From Nostoc punctiforme PCC 73102 (GTDB lineage: Bacteria; Cyanobacteriota; Cyanobacteriia; Cyanobacteriales; Nostocaceae), in assembly GCF_000020025.1 (NCBI RefSeq), contig NC_010628.1:4020001-4052000 (forward strand): DNA of 32,000 nucleotides. Direction: 5' to 3'. Shown one piece after another: positions 28,233-32,000 of this stretch (the stretch's first letter is position 1; each line of letters opens with the position of its first letter). The notes below the pieces were generated by a model. It did not search any database, was not told where the DNA came from, and was given only the letters and a program-made list of their open reading frames with translations. The translations under genes were made by a program, and so were the position numbers.

Positions 28233-28240
28233 AAAAGATA

Positions 28241-28273
28241 ATATCCCCGACTTATCAAAGAAGTCGGGGATAT
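28241..28273. repeat. Dispersed hairpin repeat / terminator-like stem-loop (ATATCCCCGACTT-ATCAAAG-AAGTCGGGGATAT)
   Basis: Perfect 13-bp stem located 9 nt after the stop at 28232, with no U-tract. Same family as 26836-26864. Confidence 0.7.
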
Positions 28274-28301
28274 ACGACTTGCAATTCTTACAAGTTAAAT
28301 A

Positions 28302-28512
28302 GAATTGCTATATAACTCATATTTGATTTTTGAAAAATTCAGTACAACTCAAAGAAGCCTTCTTTTGAGTTCCCTATTGCGCTTGCGTTGTGCTTCGTAC
28401 ATCACATAAGTAATTTTATGAATCAAACATGATTCCCCTATATAGGATTCATATTTAATTTTTGAAAAAATCCCATACAATTCAAAAAACCTTCTTTCCT
28501 ATTACCTATTGC
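28302..28512. repeat. Two ~80-bp direct repeat copies (28302-28380 and 28431-28512)
   Basis: ..GCTATATAACTCATATTTGATTTTTGAAAAATTCAGTACAACTCAAAGAAGCCTTCTTT..CCCTATTGC aligns with ..CCCTATATAGGATTCATATTTAATTTTTGAAAAAATCCCATACAATTCAAAAAACCTTCTTTCCTATTACCTATTGC. Confidence 0.75.
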
Positions 28513-28528
28513 CTATTGCCTATTGCCT
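28498..28528. repeat. Heptamer tandem repeat (STRR-like), CCTATTG x ~4.4
   Basis: The tract reads CCTATTA CCTATTG CCTATTG CCTATTG CCT. Heptameric STRR tracts are characteristic of heterocystous cyanobacteria. Confidence 0.9.
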
Positions 28529-28594
28529 CTTAGCTGCCCACCCTACACGAACAAAAATCAAAGCAAATTCATATAATTACTAACGCGCACTAGT

Positions 28595-29362
28595 TTAAGC
28601 TTTAACCTTAGCTTTTGACCAAACGCCGTTTTCATTTTCATCATATTGCTGATGAACAGACTCCCAAGCAGCTTGTTCGGCTGTGAACTCGTCATTTTTC
28701 TCATTGAAGACAGTGTTATAGCGCTCAATGAATGTACGTTGAGCTTCATCAGAAAGATGAGCGCGAACTTCAGGAGACAAGTCATCTGGACTGTTGCACT
28801 GTCCAGGGCAAGGGCGAGCAAAGGTTTTTTCGATTGTGTTAATTTCTTCACCACCAGCACTTTCGAGTAGCAATTGAAATTCACCAGTGCGATCGCTCGG
28901 AACTTCTGCCATCAGTAAGAATTCGCCAGCTTGTAAGCGAGTTTGGTAGATAGCCGCTTTATCTTCTGGCATCCCCAAAGTAGTTAGAACCGACACGAGA
29001 CCCGCACCTGCACTACCTGCGATCGCTCCACTAGCAGCCCCCAACAACACTGCCCCAATAGGCCCCGCTGCTACGATTGGACCGACAAAGGGAATAAACA
29101 GTACGCCTACACCCGTGAGCAAGCTGAGAAAGGAACCAAACAAGGAACCAAAAACTGCCCCTGTTCTCAAACCTCCCAGAATCACATCTTTTTTACTAAT
29201 AAACCCAGCAATTCTAGTTTCTGACTGGAAGTTTCTACCCATGACCGAAATATGATCTCTAGGTACGCCCCTGTCTAGTAAACGTCGAATCACATCATCA
29301 ATTTGCTTCTGTTCTTTAAATACAGCAGAGATAGTACGTTCTGCTTTATATACTTCTGGCAC
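28595..29362 (-). CDS. Membrane-associated general-stress-type protein with a Gly-zipper TM region and a C-terminal ChaB domain
   Basis: GTG start with AAGGAG 7 nt upstream. A central Gly/Ala-rich hydrophobic segment is present ([54 protein letters not shown]). The C-terminus [25 protein letters not shown]...AAWESV is ChaB-like. Confidence 0.8.
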   Translation of the reverse strand: MPEVYKAERTISAVFKEQKQIDDVIRRLLDRGVPRDHISVMGRNFQSETRIAGFISKKDVILGGLRTGAVFGSLFGSFLSLLTGVGVLFIPFVGPIVAAGPIGAVLLGAASGAIAGSAGAGLVSVLTTLGMPEDKAAIYQTRLQAGEFLLMAEVPSDRTGEFQLLLESAGGEEINTIEKTFARPCPGQCNSPDDLSPEVRAHLSDEAQRTFIERYNTVFNEKNDEFTAEQAAWESVHQQYDENENGVWSKAKVKA

Positions 29363-29514
29363 TTAAATACTCCTTGTATTATGTTATTTTTACAATGAAT
29401 ATATTGAATAGGTAGATGTTGGGAGATTAATTCTTTCAGACTAATTAAAAGGAGGAATTAATCCTCCTTCTAACTAGTTTCACAAACATCCATTTTTAAC
29501 TCAGACGTTATGAG

Positions 29515-30054
29515 CTACACACCCACAGGAGTCTTAGCCCCTTCTGCTGGCTGTCTACCATCTGGCCCCAGTGCTTCGCCTTCAATAAATGAACGCAGCA
29601 TCCAAGCCATTTCCTCATGCTCTTCCATAAGTCCAGTCAGAAAGTCAGCAGTTCCCTGATCGTGGAACTCATCACCAGACTGATCTACATGGTCTCTTAA
29701 GTTACGAATAACCTGTTCGTGGTCTTCCACTAGATTAGCTACCATCCCTGTTGCTGTGGGAACATTACCAGCATGTTCCTTGAGGCTAGCAATCTTAAGA
29801 AATCCTTCCATTGTGCCAACTGGATAACCACCCAAAGCACGAACTCGCTCTGCCAAAGCATCAATATTTAGAGTCAGCTTTTCGTAGTGTTCTTCCCAAA
29901 GCTGGTGCAAAGAGCGGAACTGAGGGCCAACGACATCCCAGTGATACTTTTTGGTTTTCACCAACAGTAGATAGGCATCTGCCAAATCTTTATTTAACAG
30001 ATTAATTACACCTTGACGCTGTTCTTCTGTCAACCCAATGTTTATCGCACGCAT
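29515..30054 (-). CDS. dps: Dps-family ferritin-like DNA-protection protein
   Basis: MRAINIGLTEEQRQGVINLLNKDLADAYLLLVKTKKYHWDV.GPQF..LH.LWEEHY..L...D.LAER carries the Dps ferroxidase-site pattern. ATG 30054 is preferred over the upstream TTG at 30075. Confidence 0.92.
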   Translation of the reverse strand: MRAINIGLTEEQRQGVINLLNKDLADAYLLLVKTKKYHWDVVGPQFRSLHQLWEEHYEKLTLNIDALAERVRALGGYPVGTMEGFLKIASLKEHAGNVPTATGMVANLVEDHEQVIRNLRDHVDQSGDEFHDQGTADFLTGLMEEHEEMAWMLRSFIEGEALGPDGRQPAEGAKTPVGV

Positions 30055-30433
30055 TATTTTTCCATCCCTAAGCAAACTTATTTATTAAGTTCTCAAATTT
30101 TATATACATTCCACATCAACCAAAGGAAACATTATGAGCTTAGATGTGTTGCTAAATTGATAATTGTGCCTATGTCTTAATAGGTAGTATTCAGCTAATG
30201 GTCAGCCAATAGTCTAGTAATTAGCGATTTAAAACTCCAAGCATAAGAATATTAAATATAATAGTTAATTCAAACTATCTAAACTCAGTTTTCCAACAAT
30301 GCTCATGTGAACATAGCTTTATACTTAATTAATTTAATTTGCCAGCCACCTTAACATTAATAATTAGTAATGGATCACTGCTTTTACGCAATCACCCATT
30401 ACTACTCAAGAATTACCAGAACTATTAATTTAG

Positions 30434-30790
30434 TTACTTACCTGTAACTTTTTCTAACACATTCTTAATATTTTCTTCCACAGTGGTTGCGGATTGTGAA
30501 TTTTCAGGACGCTTCTGCTTGTCAATATCAGCAGCTCCCTGAACCTCATTGAGTCCTTCGTTAGACTCCTTTTGAACCTTTCTCAATCCTTGTGGTGGTT
30601 CTTTAGCAGCTTCGTCAGTTTTGCGTTGAATGTCAAGCAGTTGTGTAGTAGCTTCGGTAGGGTCACTTTGGTAGCTATCGATTGCAAAAGCAGGAAAAGC
30701 ACTAGATAACAATAGTATGGCGCAAGTAAAAGCCACAACTAGAAAACGTACTGGGCTTAAGATAGATAAAACAGAAGCAATAATCTTCAT
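30434..30790 (-). CDS. Hypothetical secreted hydrophilic protein (118 aa)
   Basis: It has an N-terminal signal peptide ending AFPAFA. The mature part is charged, low-complexity and rich in K/E/Q. No family recognised. Confidence 0.6.
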   Translation of the reverse strand: MKIIASVLSILSPVRFLVVAFTCAILLLSSAFPAFAIDSYQSDPTEATTQLLDIQRKTDEAAKEPPQGLRKVQKESNEGLNEVQGAADIDKQKRPENSQSATTVEENIKNVLEKVTGK

Positions 30791-31319
30791 TTGAAATCCT
30801 CGATAACAGCTTTAACAACGCAGAACTTTCACTGAGAAAGCGGAGCTTATACTTTTATTTGGCAAATTGAGCAATAATAAAAATAGCAGGTCACACTTCA
30901 ATCTGAAAGTTCTTGTCAAAGGAACCTGATGAATAGATGAAGAAATTATCTCTGTATTTCTGCATCGAATTAGAAGGGATAATAAGCAAATACCACCTTA
31001 ATCCTGTAGCAAAATTCTTACATTTGATATTGACATTCTTTTCTCAAGGTTCCCTGTTTCTACTTGTACTTTGAAAATGCTAAAGTCTGCATCAATCTCT
31101 AGAATGAACTTTTCTATATCTGTGGTTGCAATAAAAATCAGTCTCTAGATATATCGACTTAATATAGTTGTCACAGCTTAATGACTTTGGGATTTATGTT
31201 CAGTTAGCTCGACTTTATCCAATCAAAGCAATTTCACAAGGATGCACTTTATAGGATATTTGTAAAGTATAAATTTATATAAATATTCCCTTTTTTAAGG
31301 GGAAAAATAAATCTTTTCT

Positions 31320-32000
31320 TTAAACTTGATAAGTCTGCCTTATTACCTCTTCTATTGAACTTACACGATTGAACATTTCTATTAATTCATGGGATCTAGT
31401 TTTTCGCTTCGCCAGCAGTACTTTTAAGGGCATTAAATAATGAACATCTGGGTCATTTCCCAAGGCAACTTCGGCTGCTTGCAGGACTTTTGTCGCATTC
31501 TCAAAAATATCCTTGTTGTCAAAACCTTCTTTTGCTGAAATTTGATGTAATACCTTACTGGGTACAGTTTCTCTACCCAGTAAGGTATTATCTAACACCA
31601 AACCTTTCAATAACGCTAGCAGAGCCGCATAGATAGAAAAATCATCACAACTATCACAAGCTTTAAATTCAATGCGTCCGACTTCAGCCGGAATGCGGGC
31701 TATTTTTGTTAGTGAGGGTATACTATTAATCAGTTGTTCTTCTTTCTGAACAAAGACTAGGGCTGCTGGTCTTTTTCCAGTTCTGATAAACGTTCGTACC
31801 GATAACCCATCCCATAAACCTCCTTTATAAAAAGGGGAACTATAACTAAAAGGAACGATATAGGGACTGTAATAAGTTAACTTTCTACCAATATCAATCA
31901 CATTTTCAGTAGACAAATCTGCCACCGAAATATTTAAATCTGGTCCATAAGACACCATGTGAATATTAGCAGTTTGTTCGTCAGGATAAGCCTCTAGCTG
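31320..32000 (-). CDS. Glutamate-cysteine-ligase family 2 (GCS2/YbdK-like carboxylate-amine ligase), 5' end off-window
   Basis: The frame is open to the window edge (..AYPDEQTANIHMVSYGPD..). The YSPYIVPFSYSSPFYKGGLWDGLSVRTF segment matches the GCS2 pattern (ALSANSPFw.G.dtG..S.R). Confidence 0.65.
   Translation of the reverse strand, partial: QLEAYPDEQTANIHMVSYGPDLNISVADLSTENVIDIGRKLTYYSPYIVPFSYSSPFYKGGLWDGLSVRTFIRTGKRPAALVFVQKEEQLINSIPSLTKIARIPAEVGRIEFKACDSCDDFSIYAALLALLKGLVLDNTLLGRETVPSKVLHQISAKEGFDNKDIFENATKVLQAAEVALGNDPDVHYLMPLKVLLAKRKTRSHELIEMFNRVSSIEEVIRQTYQV

Noticed and set aside
30100-30200. A possible Fur box lies upstream of dps (TTGATAATTGTG at about 30157-30168).
   Set aside because: Only one half-site resembles GATAAT, and the region is generally AT-rich. 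The support is too weak to call without a position weight matrix scan.

Overview
The window looks like chromosomal DNA of a filamentous (Nostocales-type) cyanobacterium. Evidence: many HIP1 octamers (GCGATCGC), a heptamer STRR tract, families of small dispersed hairpin repeats, and PEP-CTERM, pentapeptide-repeat and RpaB-like genes. It has three parts. (i) 1-6267 holds the 3' part of an NHLP/Nif11-type bacteriocin export cassette: a HlyD adaptor running off the left edge, a C39-peptidase ABC exporter, and a second ABC exporter with a cNMP-binding-like N-terminus. (ii) About 6.3-19 kb is an insertion-sequence graveyard. It contains an IS4-family transposase with an in-frame stop, a nested ISKra4-like IS (21-bp IRs, 9-bp target duplication), an IS701-like remnant, and an ISAs1-family IS carrying a frameshift and a stop. 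It also holds the remnant of a Tn7/Tn5053-superfamily transposon (tniB fragment, tniQ, and a four-copy 23-bp repeat array starting with TGT). A few apparently intact genes are interspersed: a beta-rich protein with a (PKEEGN)3(EEG)13 tail, an orphan RpaB-like response regulator, and small ORFs. (iii) 19-32 kb is mostly ordinary chromosome. It encodes a pentapeptide-repeat protein, an adenosine-deaminase-like protein, a PEP-CTERM protein, a cysteine-less rhodanese, mutL and a truncated Uma2. It also has a run of general-stress-type genes (GlsB/YmgE, CsbD, a 7-TM/1-TM pair, a ChaB-domain membrane protein, Dps) and a GCS2-type ligase running off the right edge. I do not see an intact, clearly novel multi-gene system. 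The most interesting items are the decayed Tn7-like element with its end-repeat array, the orphan beta-rich/poly-acidic protein, and an in-frame mini-repeat insertion in mutL. All family assignments come from motif recognition by eye, since no searches could be run.
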